Source: Hypanus sabinus (lineage: Eukaryota). From it: a stretch of DNA of 64,000 nucleotides. This document shows positions 20,801 through 35,800 of this stretch, in pieces (positions within the stretch are counted from its first letter, which is position 1; every line of letters begins with the position of its first letter). The translations under genes and the position numbers were made by a program. The stretch spans positions 5,208,001 to 5,272,000 of the forward strand of contig NC_082717.1 in assembly GCF_030144855.1 (NCBI RefSeq), read 5' to 3'. Under the pieces are notes generated by a model that was given only the letters and a program-made list of their open reading frames with translations, had not been told where the DNA came from and did not search any database.

Positions 20801-23800
20801 AAATTGCGGTGCAGGCTTGAATAGTCTACTTATGCACGCACCTATTGTCTATTGTCTAAATCCCTCTAACAATTGGGTGGTCTATAATATATTCTCATTA
20901 ATGTGATCATTCATTTCCCATTTGTCTTTCCACCCATGTAGCCTAAGTAAATGAGCTCTCCCATCTGTCCTGACTAAGAAGTGCTGTAACATTTTCCATG
21001 ACTAGTAATGTTACCCTAGTAATGATCTCTCTCGCTGTCACGTCTAAAGCAACAGAACCCCAGAACTCTGAGTTGCCAGTCCTGCCCCTCCTGCAACAAT
21101 CTCACTAATGGCCACAATATCACAATTCTACACATTGATCCATGCCCTGAGCTCATCTACCTTTCCTACAATACTCCTTGCATTGGAAGATGAGCAGCTC
21201 AAAACATTAGTCCCACCATGCTTGAAAATTTGACTCCTTACTTTGTATGAAAGCTTCATGATATCATTCTCCACAATAACTCCACTATCTGTCCTGGCAG
21301 TCTGGTCTCCAGACACTTGCAATTCTAGTTTGGATTCAAAACTGGCCAGAGTAGACATGGGAGTGGTGAAGGGCTGTTACTCTGCTTGTTACTGTGACTA
21401 GTGGTTTCTGAAAGGAACCATATTGGGATCTGCTTTTTTATGTTGTTAGTTGAAGATTTATGTGGGCTAATGTATTAGTTTGCAGATGACACAAAAATAG
21501 AAATGTGTGGCATTGTGGGTTTTTTAAAAGTGTGTCAATGTGTACTGAGGAATCCATGTTGCAGATCTGGGCTGAAGATTGGGAAGAAAAATTAATCTGT
21601 ATTAGTATAAAGAGCTACAATTTGGGAGGTTAAATACACGTGACAGTATACAATAACTGGATGGACTATTTGGAGCATTCGTATATCGGGGGATCTTGTG
21701 GTACAAATCAATTGTTAACTGAAAGTGACAATGCAGCCCTGATGAATGATCTCAGCTGGAAACATTGACTCTTTATTCCTCTCCATAGATGCTGCCTGAC
21801 CTGCCAAGTCCCTCCAGCATTGTCGATGTGTTTTTTCTCTGGAATTCCATTATCTGCAGAATCTCTTGTTTATGATTGCAAGTAAAGAATTCATATGCAC
21901 AAGGAGTCATGTAGCAGCTGTGTAAAGTTCTGCTTTGGGAACAGTTCTTATACGGTTCTGGTTGCCCCATTACAAGGAGGTTGTGGAGCCTTTGGAGAGA
22001 AGGCAGAAGAGGTTCATCACAATGTGGCCTGGATTACAGTGGTTTAGTTACAGAATAAGGGGACTTTGGACAGACTTGTATTGCTTTCTCCAGAAAATCG
22101 AAGGCTAAGCTGCGATTCTAAAGTCATATCAAACATAGAAAGAGGAGATAGAGAAACACAAGGAATTTTGCAGACCAGAGACACGAGAAAGCCTGAAGAT
22201 GCTGGAATTGAACAGCATATGAAATGCTGAAGGAACTCAGCAGGTCAGGTGGTGTAATAAAATGTTGGGGGAGGGGAAGGAAGATGTAGAATGTGAGAGG
22301 TGAAGCCAGCTGTGTGGGGAAGATAAGTCAGGTGAAGAAAGAATCTGATATGAGAGGAGAGTGGACCATAGAGTGAAATTCAGAAGAATGAGCGATGACT
22401 TCATTGAAACCTATTGAATGTTGCAAAGCGTCAAAAGAGTAAATGTGGAGAGGATGTTTCAGAAAGTTGGAGAGTCTAAAATCAGAGTCTAAATCTAAGA
22501 GTGTTGTGAACAAAGCAGATGATCTTGGAGCATGGATCAGTACTTGGAGATATGATGTGGTGGTCATTACAGAGACTTTGACGGCTCAGGGGCAGGAATG
22601 GTTACTTCAAGTGCCGGGTTTTAGATGTTTCAGGAAGGACAAGGAAGGAGGTAAAAGAGGTGAGGGTGTGGGACTTTTGATCAGAGATAGTGTCACGGCT
22701 GCAGACAAGTTGGACGCCATGGAGGGATTGTCTACGGAGTCTCTGTGGGTGGAGGTTAGGAACAGGAAGGGGTCAATAACTTTACTGGGTGTTTTTTATT
22801 GGCCACTCAATAGCAACAGGGATATCAAGGAGCAGATAGGGAAACAGATCCTGGAAAGGTGTAATAATAACAGGGTTGTCGTGGCAGGAGATTTTAATTT
22901 CCCAAATATCGATTGGCATCTCCCTAGAGCAAGGGATTTAGATGAGGTGAAGTTTGTTAGGTGTTCAGGAAGGTTTCTTGACACAGTATGTAGATAAGCC
23001 TACAAGAGGAGAGGCTGTGCTTGATCTGGTATTGGGAAATGAACCTGGTCAGGTATCAGATCTCTCAGTGGGAGAGCATTTTGGAGATAGTGTTCATAAT
23101 TATCTCTCCTTTACAATAGCATTGGGGGGGGGGAGAGGGGGGAGAGGGGGAGAGGCGTACCGTGTATTGGTCTTCATCAATTGTGGAATTGAATTTAGGA
23201 GCCGAGAGGTAATGTTCCAGTTGTATAGGACCCTGGTCAGACCCCACTTGGGGTACTGTGCTCAGTTCTGGTTGCCTCACTACAGGAAACATGTGGAAGC
23301 CATAGAAAGGGTGCAGAGGAGATTTACAAGAATGTTACCTGGATTGGGGAGCATGCCTTATGAAAACAGTTAGAGTTAACTCAGTCTTTTCTCCCTGGAG
23401 CGATGGAGGATGAGAGGTAACCTGATAGTGTCATGGTCCAGATCGGTTCCCTTTAAATTTAGTTAGGTTGCATTATGATCCAGACCATTGACACTTTGTT
23501 CCCTTCTAATCCCGTTTCACATGTCCCTTGAGCTTGGCCATTAAAGTAATTTACTCTCGACCTGAACCAGCAGCTTATAAGCCCCGTGGCTTTAGCCGTT
23601 CAGTGCGAGAGTGTTAAGAAGACTTCGCAAGTCGCCGTCGCTGCCACAAGCCAGAGTTATCCAGCCCCGCATCGGAGTGCCGGCAATTGGCCTTCCTTCA
23701 CCAGAGTAGCCCAGGCAAGGTCAACTGCCAGGGGTGAATTGAAGGCGGAGTCCTGGCTCAATGTCCATGTCTAGTTCCGTGTCTATCTCTCTCTCGAAGA

Positions 23801-26800
23801 GTCCCAGCTTGGTGCCTGACTTGAGGCGGAGTCCTGGCTCGGTGTATGTAGTCCAAGTGTCCATGTCCTTGGCTGTGGCAATCCATTGTGTCCACATCTC
23901 TGGTTGCGGTGATCCATGATGTCCATGTTCTGGCAGCGGTGGTTCAAGGCCTCAGTTTCCAGGCCCAAGGTCCGCAGTGATCCAAGTTCTCTGTCTCCAA
24001 GTCCAAGGTCCGTGGCGGTCACAGACATGGCCATGGCGATCAGAGTTCCCAGTTTGCAGGTCTGCTATCCGCTGCGGTCCCAGTCCTTAGTCTCCTAGTC
24101 TGATGTTCGTGTTCCCCTTGTCCTCCTCGATTTCCCGGTTCTCTGTGTAGCGAGCAATAAATGCTATTTTATTGAACTTGAGAGAGAGGCGTTTGTGTCC
24201 TGCTTGTGGGTCCTCTCCCAGCGCCCTCACCCCCACCTTGTAACAGATAGAGGTATATAAGATGATAGGCATTGATCATGTGGATAGTCAGAAGCTTTTT
24301 CCCAGGGCTAAAATGGTTGCCACAAGAGGGCACAGGTTTAAGGTGCTGGGGGAGTAATTACAAATGAGACGTCAGGGGTAAGTTTTTTACGCAGAGTGTG
24401 GTGACTGTATGGAACGGGCTGCTGACAACAGTGATGGAGGCAGATGCAATATGGTCTTTTAAGAGATGTTTAGTTAGGTGCATGGAGCTTAGTAAAATAG
24501 AAGTAAGCCTAGTGATTTCTAAGGCAGGGATAGGTTCGGCACAACTTTGTGGGCCTGTATTGTGCTGCAGGTTTTCTGTGTTTCTCTATAAAGAAATAGC
24601 AGTAAATAATGAGGATGAAATAACAAATAAAGAGTTCTTAAATGTGTAACTCTCGCTTCGGCTAGCAGCTTAATATAGGGGGGTGATAGCCACTGCCCAG
24701 CCAAACTTAAAATCTTCTTTGGGTGGATGCTGCGTGATGTGTCCCCTATTACGAATCAATACCCCTAAAGAACAAAAGATACACACTATGCGGTTAAATG
24801 ATTAAGCTTTATAATTCTTACTTTGACTCTTCGGTTAGTACAGAAATGAAAAAAGAAATCAAAAAAAGAAAAAAAGGGCCCTATCTTATTAAACAGTCTG
24901 TTGCGCAATATTGGAGCTCACAAATACAAGGAGGTCCTCCATTGACCTCCTCTGATCATCACTATCCTTCAGACCCTCGCTCCAAGTCCACCCCATCCGG
25001 CGGTCTACCAACTCCCTCCATTTGCGTCTTCTCTCCTTATCTCTCCCCAGCCAAAGACCACTTAAATCTCTCTTCCAGCTCACAAGAAAGGACAACAGCA
25101 TTCCTAACCTTGTTATCTCTAGTCATAACCCAAACATTGCTGCTACAGAGAAACCATTACATTTTCAGTGAAACCTTACAGCATGTTACACAGCAGTAAT
25201 ACCCTACAGCATGTTACAAATATTTGTTGTTATATCCTAAGAAAGTAGAAATGCTGTTGTGCTTTCTTCACAATTATATTTATATAATGGGTCCAGGACA
25301 GGTCCTCAGAGATGGTGACTCCCTGGAATTTAAATTTACTGACACACCACCTCTGATCCCCCGCTGATTACTGGCTTATGGACCTCTGGTTTCCCTCGCC
25401 TGAAGCCAGTTGCTTGGTGTTATTGACATAGAGTGAGAAGTGCAGGGTAGGTAGGCATTAATGTGACATCATAGTGAGAGGTCAAGGGTTCATCTTTATT
25501 ATACAAGAAGTCCATTCAATAATTTTATAATAGAACAAAAATTGTGCTGCATATTTTTATCCCTAATATCTTTTTCCCATTAGAATTGGGGAGAACATAA
25601 CTATGTCCAGGGTAGTAGGGGTTTTTGATGATGTAGTCTGCTTTCCCAAGGTACTGAGAAGTGTATGGAGGGAGGGTGGATTAGGCTATGGACTGGGTTG
25701 TATTCACAATTCTGTAATTTTAATGCAGTCTTGGGCAGAGCAGTTGTGATACGAGTCTGTGATGCATCGAGATAGACTGCTCTCTGTATAAAAATTAGTG
25801 AGGGTCTTTGGGAATATATTAGATTTCCTTAGACTTTCTGAGGAGGAAGACATGATGGTGTGCCACCTTCAACATAACGACTACATGGTTGTTTCAGACA
25901 GGCCTCTCGGAACTTGGAGCTAACCGCCATCTTCACCTTGGCACCATTGATTCATGTGGGGACGTACACTCAAGTGCTTCCTCGATCACCAGCTCTTTTG
26001 CTTTACTGACACTGAGTAAAGGTTCAGTGTTCAGTATATTTTTAAATCTTCCAGGTTGGTTTCAGACCACGATATTATGTCAAGAGAATACATTAATATG
26101 ATTGCCTTTGTTATATTTTTAATGATGAGCTCTGTTCAGCAGATTTTCTTAAGCCTTGAAGTAAATTATGTTGAAAGTTTTCCCTTTAACAGAGTTTGAT
26201 CTTTTTCTTTTCTTGTTTATATTCCAGATTGTTACAGTATATTCATCCATCAGTGTATTGTATCCTAGCTTGATTCTAGTAGCTGGATTACACCTCTCTT
26301 TATGTTTAATGTTCTGTACTTATCTAGTCCAACAATCATGTTTATATCTTTAGAAATTATTGTGAATTTTTTTCTTCTGTATTTACAATTTGTTGCCTTT
26401 TACTCACTAGGTGTTCACTCTGTTGGTGTGGTCATTCATTGATCCTATTATGGTTATTGGATTTATTGAGTATGCCCATGAGAAGATGAATCTCAGGGTT
26501 GAATATGGTGACATATGTGTACTTTGATAATAAATTTACCTTGATCTCTGATCTTTGAACTTTGGGATTTTGGTATTGAAGTTACATCTGTGTTCAAGAA
26601 ATAGATGTAGGTGTCTTTATTACCCTGATATTCCATAAAGGGTATCTAGTGTGGATTTGTTTTGGCAGTAGGTGAATTGCAGTGGCTGAGTTTGTCTGGG
26701 AAGTTGGAGTTGATGTGTGTAATGACCAGCCTCTAGAAGCTGCCACCAAATTCATAGTTCCCTTAGCATGTCATTGCCCACTTCTACCTCCTACTCAGAA

Positions 26801-29800
26801 TCCACAAACTGGACTGTATGCCTATTGTCTCTTCTTGTTCCTGCCCCACTAAACTTGTGTCCTCACACCTTGATCCTATTCTATTCCCCCTTGGTCCAAT
26901 CCCTTTCCTCCTACATCTGCAGCACTTCTCATGTTTGCAATCTCAGTGACTTTCAAATCCCTGGCTCTGACAACCTCATTTTCACCATGGATGTTCAGTC
27001 CCTATACAGTACTACCACCCATTAAAAAGGCCTCAAACCTTTCTGTTACTTTTTTGACAAAAGAACCAATCAATTCCCCTCCAACACCATCCTCCTCCGT
27101 CTGGCAGAAATGCTCCTCATTCTCTACCAATTTTCCTTCGACCTCCCACTTTCTCCAAATTCAAGAAGTAGCCATGGGCACCCAAATGGGCCCCAGGTAT
27201 GCTTGCCACTTTGTTGACTACATCGAACAATCCATGTTCTGAGCCTTCCCTAGCAATACTCCCCAACCCTTCTGCTAAATTGAGGACTGTATTGGTGCTG
27301 CTTCAAGTCTGCATGCTGAGCTGATGAGTTTCATCAAATTAGCCACTAATTTCCACCCTGCCTTAAATTCACGGCCTATCACTGACACCTTCTTCCTCTT
27401 TCTCAATATCCCTGTCTCCATCTTTGGAGAAAAACTGTCAACTAATACCTCTTAGAAACCTTCCAATTCCATTGGTTATCTTGACTGTGCTATCTCCTGT
27501 AAAAGTACTATTCTCTTTCCTCTTCTTTCACCTCTGCCACATTATACAATAGACATTAAGTGCAGGAGTAGGCCATTCGGCCCTTCGAGCCAGCACCACC
27601 ATTTAATGTGATCATGGCTGATCATCCACAATCAGTACCCCATTCCTGCCTTCTCCCCATATCCCTTGACTCCGCTATCTTTAAGAGCTCTATCTAACGC
27701 TTTCTTGAAAACATCCAGAGAATTGGCCTCCACTGCCTTCTGAGGCAGAGCATTCCATAGATGCACAACTTTCTGGGTGAAAAAGTTTTTCTGAACTCCG
27801 TTCTGAATGGCCTACCCCTTATTCATAAACTGTGGCCTCTGGTTCTGGACTCCCCCAACATAGGGAACATGTTTTCTGCCTGGAGCATGTCCAATCCCTT
27901 AATAATCTTATTTGTTTCAATCAGATCCCCTCTCATCCTTCTAAATTCCAATGTATACAAACCCAGTCGCTCCAATCTTTCAAAATATGATGGTACCGCC
28001 ATCCCAGGAATTAACCTCGTGAACCTACGCTACACTCCCTCAATAGCAAGAATGTTATTCCTCAAATTTAGAGACCAAAACTGAACACAATATTCCAGGT
28101 GTGGTCTCCCCAGGGCCCTGTACAACTGCAGAAGGACCTCTTTGCTCCTATACTCAACTCCCCTTGTTATGAAGGCCAACATGCCACTAGCTTTCTTCAC
28201 TGCCTGCTGTACCTGCATGCATACTTTCAGTGACTGATGAACAAGAACTCCTGGATCTCATTGTACTTCCCCTTTTCCTAACTTGACACCATTCAGATAG
28301 TAATCTGCCTTCCTGTTCTTGCCACCAAAGTGGATAACCTCACATTTATCCACATTAAACTGCATCTGCCATGCATCTGCCCACTCACCCAACCTGTCCA
28401 AGTCATCCTGCATTCTCCTAACATCCTCCTCACATTTCACACTGTCATCCAGCTTTGTGTCATCTGTTCCCAGGACTCAGCTTACCATTCAGGACATCAG
28501 AGATGTCTTCCTTCTTCAAAGAAAGGGGTTTTCTTCTTCCACTGTTGATGCTGCCATCACCCACGCCTGGTCCAGTTCCCAAAAATCCATGCTTTTTCCA
28601 TCTTCCCACCAGCTTAGCAGTTCCTCTTGTCCTTGCCTGCCACCCCATCAGTCTCCACATCCAACAGATCACCTTCTGTAACTACTGTCATGTCCCAACA
28701 GATCATCTACTAAACATTTCTTTACCACCTCCCAGCCCCCTACTTACCACAAGGATCACACCATCTGAGATTCCCTTGTCCATTTGTCCCTCCTCATTAA
28801 TCTCCTTTCAAGCACTTGTATCTGCAAGCAGCCTGTGATACACCTGCCCATTCACCTTCTTCCTCTGTCACCAACAGATTGTTTGTCCATAAAAATACAG
28901 GCACTTGCTGCCCTGATGGTAATTATGTCAGCAGTTCCCAATATATTCATTAAATACTTGCTAACTGCTGAGAGATTTAGGCAGCTCCAATTTATAATCT
29001 CACATTTACTAATGAGTACCAAGAAAAGGTTTCATCTCCATTCATCTTTATCCACCTCTTCACACCGAAAGGAGGCTCATTGGGTATAATGTTGTAAAAG
29101 TAGCACAATGTGGTCTCAGCAGAACAAGGCATTTCTCATTACAGCTGCTATCAAGGTTCTCTCGGACCTGTTAGTCATACTCATCCATTACTGACAGTTT
29201 ATTCAAGCCATAAAGAACACCATTTTAAACCAGTTTGAAAATGAGAGAAAGAGTCCCTCATCATCAGGGATGACCGTGGATGCTGTGTACTAGTGTCAAA
29301 GTCAATACGTAAGCCAAGGCAGTATCATATGGAGAGCAAGTTGTTGTCCATGCAGCAGGCTCCCCTTCTCCATTCATCTGATGAACTTAAAGGAATGGCA
29401 GAGACTAATACAGATTGACATCAACATCATTGCAGGAGTTGCCAGTCAGCGTTGAACTCAACAGAGAACTGCCTTTGGGAATCCAGCTCCGTATTTTTCC
29501 TTCGAGGTTTACTCCCAGTGCTGACCATGGCTGACGAGCCACATTTGCCCAAAGTGACAGGTTTTAAGGTGCTAGTAACCCACCTGTGCCCCTTCTCCTG
29601 TCAGTAGAAATGGTTTCTCCGTGCTCAGTAGCTAAGCCACACATGAAGGACAGGAGCTGGACTTGGTAGCCAGAGGATATTTGAGGCACAAGCCATTAGG
29701 AGAATTTAACAGGTAGTGGGAGTTTGTCCCCGTTATAACCCTCAGCTATAGTAACCTTAAGGAATTATAGATGGTAAAAGTGAACTTTCTGGATTTGTGT

Positions 29801-32800
29801 AATGGGGACAATGCACTTTTCAGTATTGTTGGAGAGACAGAAGAAATTTTGGTCATCAGACACTGAATGCAGGGGGAATTCAGGAAGTCCAGCTGCATCT
29901 CTGGAGGGTAAAAAACAGTTAGTATTTTGGACGGAGACCCTTCATTAAGCCTGGAAAGAGGCTAAAATAAGATGGTGAGTAGGGAGGAAGGAATATGAGC
30001 TGGCAGGTGATTGGTTCCCAGGTGAGGAGGAAAATAGGTGAGTGGCAAAAGGAGATGAGGCAAGTAGCTGGATAGGGATAGGTAGTAGAGGTAAAATATG
30101 TAGGATCTGATAGGAAAGGGCAGTGGACCATGGAAGAAAGGGAAGCAGCAGGGGCCTCATTGGGAGGAGAAAATAGGCTGACAAATGGCAGACATGTGAT
30201 GTTGCACTTTGGGAGGACAAACCAGGGCTGGACTAATACCGTGAACAGTAGGGCACAGAGGGATGAGGTAGAACAGAAGGATTTGGAAATACAAGTCCAT
30301 AAATTCTTGAAAGTGAATTCTCAGATAGTATCGTAAAGAGAGCTATTAGCACATTGTCTGTTCATAAATCAGAGTATAGGGTACAATAGGGATATTATGT
30401 TGAAATTTTGTAAGACATTGTGGAGGCTGAATTTGGAGAATTGAGTGCAATGCCTACCTACTCTGGTTACCTGCCTGCAGGAAAGATATCAATAAGATTG
30501 TAAGGCTGCAGAGAAAATTTATAAAGGTACTTGAGGATCTGAGTTATAGTGAAAGATTGAACCATTTCAGATTCTTTTTTCACTGGAGTGTGGGAGAATG
30601 GGGAGATTGGATAGAGGCATACAGACTTATGAGGGGGATAGGTAGGGTGAATGCATGCAAGCCTTTTCACTTCAGGTTGACTGTATCTGGAAGGAGAGGT
30701 CACAGGTTTGGAGTGAAAGGTGAAACATTGCAGGGGAACTTGAGAGGAGAATTCTTCACTCAGAGGGTGGTGACTGTATGGAACGAGCTGTCAGTGAAAG
30801 TGGTGGATATGGGTTCAATTGTAACATTTAAGGGAAGTTTGAATATGTCCGTGGATGACGGTTATGGAGGGATATGGTCCAGGTGCAAGTAAATGGGGCT
30901 AGGTAGAAGATCAGGTTGAGATGGAATAGATGGGCGGAACAGCCTGCTTCTCTGCTGTAGTACTCTGTGATCCTATGACCCTTAAACATAAAATGCATGA
31001 AGAAGATGTGGTCATTTGAATTTATTAGATATTTTGAGATTTTTCTTCAACCATTTCCAACTTCTGTAGTTTGATCATTGTAACTTGCACTGCCAGTGTT
31101 CCCTCCTTACTCAATATATCTGCAAACCTGTGTGAGCATCATCAGGTTTTCCTGTGTGAACCTTGAACTCAGTTTCTCTCCACTCTGTTGCTCTCAGTCC
31201 TGCTGAATGCTTGGAGTGTTTTGGCCTTTCTTTCAGAACTGCAGCTGCTGCAGGATTTTGCTATATATGCAACTCCTCATTTCTGCATCTGGTCACTAAA
31301 ATACATCTGAGGCCCCTGAGGTTTACCTCCTTACATACATTGCTGATATTGGACACTTTCTCTCTCTTTAGTTTCTTTGCCCATCTTTCAAATTTAAGAA
31401 CATAGAAACATAGAAAACCTACAGCACAATAGAGGCCCTTTGGCCCACAAAGTTGTGCCAAACATATCCCTACCTTAGAAATTACTAGGCTTGCCTATAG
31501 CCCTCTATTTTTCTAAGCTTCATGTACTTATGGAAAAGTCTCTTAAAAGACCCTATTGTATCCATCTCCACCACCGTTGCCGACAGCCCATTCCACTCAC
31601 TCACCACTCTGCGGAAAAATAAAACTTACACTGAAATCCATATACACTACATCTACTGCTCTTCCTTCATCAATGTTTAGTCACATCCTCAAAATGCAAT
31701 CAGGCTTGTAAGGCACAACCAGCCCTTGACAAAGCTATGTTGACTATTCCTAATCATATTATGCCTCTCCAAATGTTCATAAATCCTCCTTCTCAGGATC
31801 TTCTCCATCAACTTATCAACCACTGAAGTAAGACTCACTGGTCTACAATTTCCTGGGATATCTCTACACCCTTTTCTGAATAAAGCAACAACATCCGCAA
31901 CCCTCCCATCCTCAGGAACTATTCCTGTCCCCATTGATGATTCAAAGGTCATCGCCAGAGGCTCAGCAATCTCTTCCCTCACCTCCCACAATAACCTGGG
32001 GAACATCTCATCCAGTCCTGGCAACTTATCCAACTTGATGCTTTACAAAAGCTCCAGCACATCCTCTTTCTTAATATCTACATGCTCAATCTTTTCAGTC
32101 TGCTGCAGGTCATCAGTACAATCACTAAGGTCCTTTTCCATAGTGAATACTAAAGTAAAGTATTCATTAAGTATCTCTGCTGTTTCCTCCAGTTCCATAC
32201 ACACTTTCCCACTGTCACACTTGATAGGTCCTATTCTTTCACGTCTTATCCACTTGCTCTTCACATACTTGTAGAATGCCTTGGGGTTTTCCTCAATCCT
32301 GCCTGCCAAGGCCTTCTTATGGCCCCTTCTGGCTCTCTTAATTTCCTTTTAAAGCTCCTTCCTGTTAGCCTTATAATCTTCTAGATCTCTAACATTACCT
32401 AGATCTCTGAACCTTTTGAAAGCTTTTCTTCTTGACGAGATTTATTACAGCCTTTGTACACCACGGTTCCTGTACCCTACTATAACTTCACTGTCTCATT
32501 GGAACTCCACACAAGTATCCCATGAATATCTGCCACATTTCTTCTGTACTTTTCCCTGAGAACATCTGTTCCCAATTTAAGCTTCCAATTTCCTACCTGA
32601 TAGCCTCATAATTCCCTTTACTCCAATTAAACGCTTTTCTAACTTGTCTGTTCCTATCTCTCTCCAATGCTATTGTAAAGGAGATAGAATTATTATCACT
32701 ATCCACAAAATGCTCTCCCACTGAGAGATCTGACACCTGACCAGGTTCACCTGACCACCTGACCCAATATCAAATCAAGTACAGTCTCTCCTCTTGTAGG

Positions 32801-35800
32801 CCTATCTACATATTGTGTCAAGAAACCTTCTTGAACACCTAACAAACTCCATCCCATCTAAATCCCTTGCTCTCGGGCAGTGATGTCAAACTCAAGGCCC
32901 GCGGGCCATATCCAGCCCGGCGTACAATTATATCCGGCCCACGAGATCATTTTAGATAGATCTATTATTTTAATTATTAATGGCCCGGTGATATGAAGCC
33001 TATGATTGTAAGTTAATACCAATCATAAAAATAATGCTTGCTCAGCAGTCTTCTTCATAAGAAATGGAATTTGTGAACTGAAACACTTTGTAGTTATAGC
33101 AGAGACTGAGATACATGAGAACAGGCTGAAAAAACGGAGCCAATGAAAGCTGCATTTGCACGCGCCCGACTGATCCGGCCCGCATGAAGCTGCATTTTGC
33201 TCAATCCAGCCCGTGACCTAAAATGAGTTTGACATCCCTGCTCTAGGGAGATGCCAATCAATATTTGGGAAATTAAAATCTCTCACCACAACAACTCTGT
33301 TATTATTACACCTTTCTAGGATCTGTTTCCCTATCTGCTCCTCTATCCCTGTTACTATTGGGCGGCCTTTAAAAAACACCCAGTAGAGTTATTGACCCCT
33401 TCCTGTTCCTAACTTCCACCCACAGAGACTTTGTAGACAATTCCTCCATGATGTTCAACTTTTCTGCAGCCGTGACACTATCTCTGATCAACAGTGCCAC
33501 GCCCCCACATCTTTTGCCTCCCTCCCTGTCCTTTCTGAAACATGTAAAACCCAAACTTGAAGTAATGATTCCTGACCCTGAGCCAGCCAAGTCTCTGATA
33601 TGGCCACAACATTATAGCTCCAAGTACTGATCGATGCTCTAAGCTCATCCGCTTTATTCACAATACTCCTTGCATTAAAATAGACACATCTCAAACTGTC
33701 AGTCTGTACGCGTCCCTTCTATCACCTGCCTCTCCACCCTCGGTCTCCAAGCCTTCTCTATTTGTGAGCCAACCACCTCTTCCCCAGTCTCTTCAGTTTG
33801 GTTCCCACCCCCCAACAATTCTAGTTTAAACTCTCCCCAGTAGCCTTAGCAAACCTCCCCACCAGGATTTTGGACGCCCTGGGATTCAAGTGCAACCCAT
33901 CCTTTTTATACAAGTTACACCTGCCCCAAAGGAGGTCCCAGTGATCCAGAAATCGGAATCCCTGATCCCTGCTCCAATCCCTCAGCCATGCATTTATCCT
34001 CCACCTCATTCTATTCCTATGCTCACTGTCACGTGGCACAGGTAGTAATACCAAGATTAATACCTTTACAGTCCTGCTTCTCAACTTCCTTCCTAACTCC
34101 CTTAAGTCTGTTTTCAGGACCTCTTCCCTTTTCCTACCTATGTCGTTCATTCAGATATGTACCATGACCTCTGGCTGTTCTCCCTCCCACTTCAGGATAT
34201 CGTGGACACGATCTGAAACATCCCAGACCCTGGCACCTGTGTGGCAAACTACCATCCAAGTTTCTTTCCTGCATCCACAGAATCACCTGTCTGACCCCCT
34301 AACTATCACTACTGCCAGTCTCTTCCTTTCCCTACCCATTCTTAGCCACGGAGCCAGACTCTTTGCCAGTAGTACAGTCTCTGTTGATTCCCCCAGGCAG
34401 GCTGTCCCACCCCAACAGTACTCAAACAGCAGTACTTATTGTTCAGGGGTACAGCCACAGGGATTCTCTCTAGTACCTGACTCTTCCCCTTCCCTCGCCT
34501 GATTGTTACCCACTTGTCTGTCTCCCGTGGCCCTGGGGTGAACACCTGCCTATAACTCATTTCTATCACCTTGACGCTCTCCCTGACCAGACGAAGGTCA
34601 TCGAGCTGCAGCTCCAGTTCCCTAACTCGGTCCCTCAGGAGCTCCATCTCGATATATCGAATGCAGATATGGCCGTCTGGGAGGCTGAGCAACTCTAGGA
34701 CTTCCCACATCTGACACCGAGCATGGATCACCGACCTGACACACATACTTCCTTTCCACAATTAACACAGGTAAACCTACTTCCCCTCGTCCCGTTACCG
34801 CCAAAGCCCGTTGAGCCGAAGCACTATCTCTCTGCTGCCCTATCACTCCGCAGCCCGCTGGATATGACTGTCTTCTTTTTCAACTTTCCCCGCTGTACTG
34901 GCTAACATCACGTGCCTGCGCTCTGGATATCCTTAGACATTCCATTCGCAGCCCCCTTGCTTAAATTTAATTTGCACCACAGAGGCAAAATTCAAAATGG
35001 CAAAGAATGCAGGACTGAACGTGTTGTATTTTAATATGCCTAGCATTCTGAATACAGTGAACAAACTCATGGCACAATTAGAGATTGATCAGTATGACGT
35101 TCTGGGCATCACTGAGTCATGGCTGAAAGAAGACCATAGTTGGGAGCTTAACATCAAAGGATATATTTTGTAACAAAAGGATGGGCAGATGGTGGCATGG
35201 CTCTGTGGGTAAGAGATGGAACTACATCTTTAGAAACAGGTGACATTGCCTCAAAGCATGCTGAATTTTTGTGGGTGGAGTTAAGTAACTGCAAGTTTGT
35301 AAAAACCATTATAGGAATAATATATGGTGGTATCCGTTAGACATGTGAGACCATGGATCTGTGCCTGGAATGGTTTCCAGGGCGCAGACCTGGGCAAAAT
35401 TGTACAGAATACCAGCAGTTGCCCATGCAGCAAGTCTCCCCTCTCCATGCCACCGATGCTGCCCAAGGGAAGGGCAATGGCCAAAACAGCTTGGCACCGG
35501 TGACATCGCAGAAGTTGCCAGAACAAGGTTGAAGGCAACATTGGACTGCCTTAGGGACTCCAGCTCAGGACTTGTCCTCAGGATTTACTCCTGAAGCCTT
35601 TCCCATAAGTGGGTATGGCCGCAAGGCAGCGGAGGTTTGAAATCAGAGTTTTCTCTCTCTTAGATGGACTGCCTTCCCAGGCTGACGAACTCCATCTACC
35701 CGAAGCACTGGTTCTAAGGTGCCAGGACCTGCCTTCGTCTCTTTTCCTGTCAGTAGAAACAGTTCCGTCGGGCTTAGAGGCTAAGCCACACGAGAAGGCC

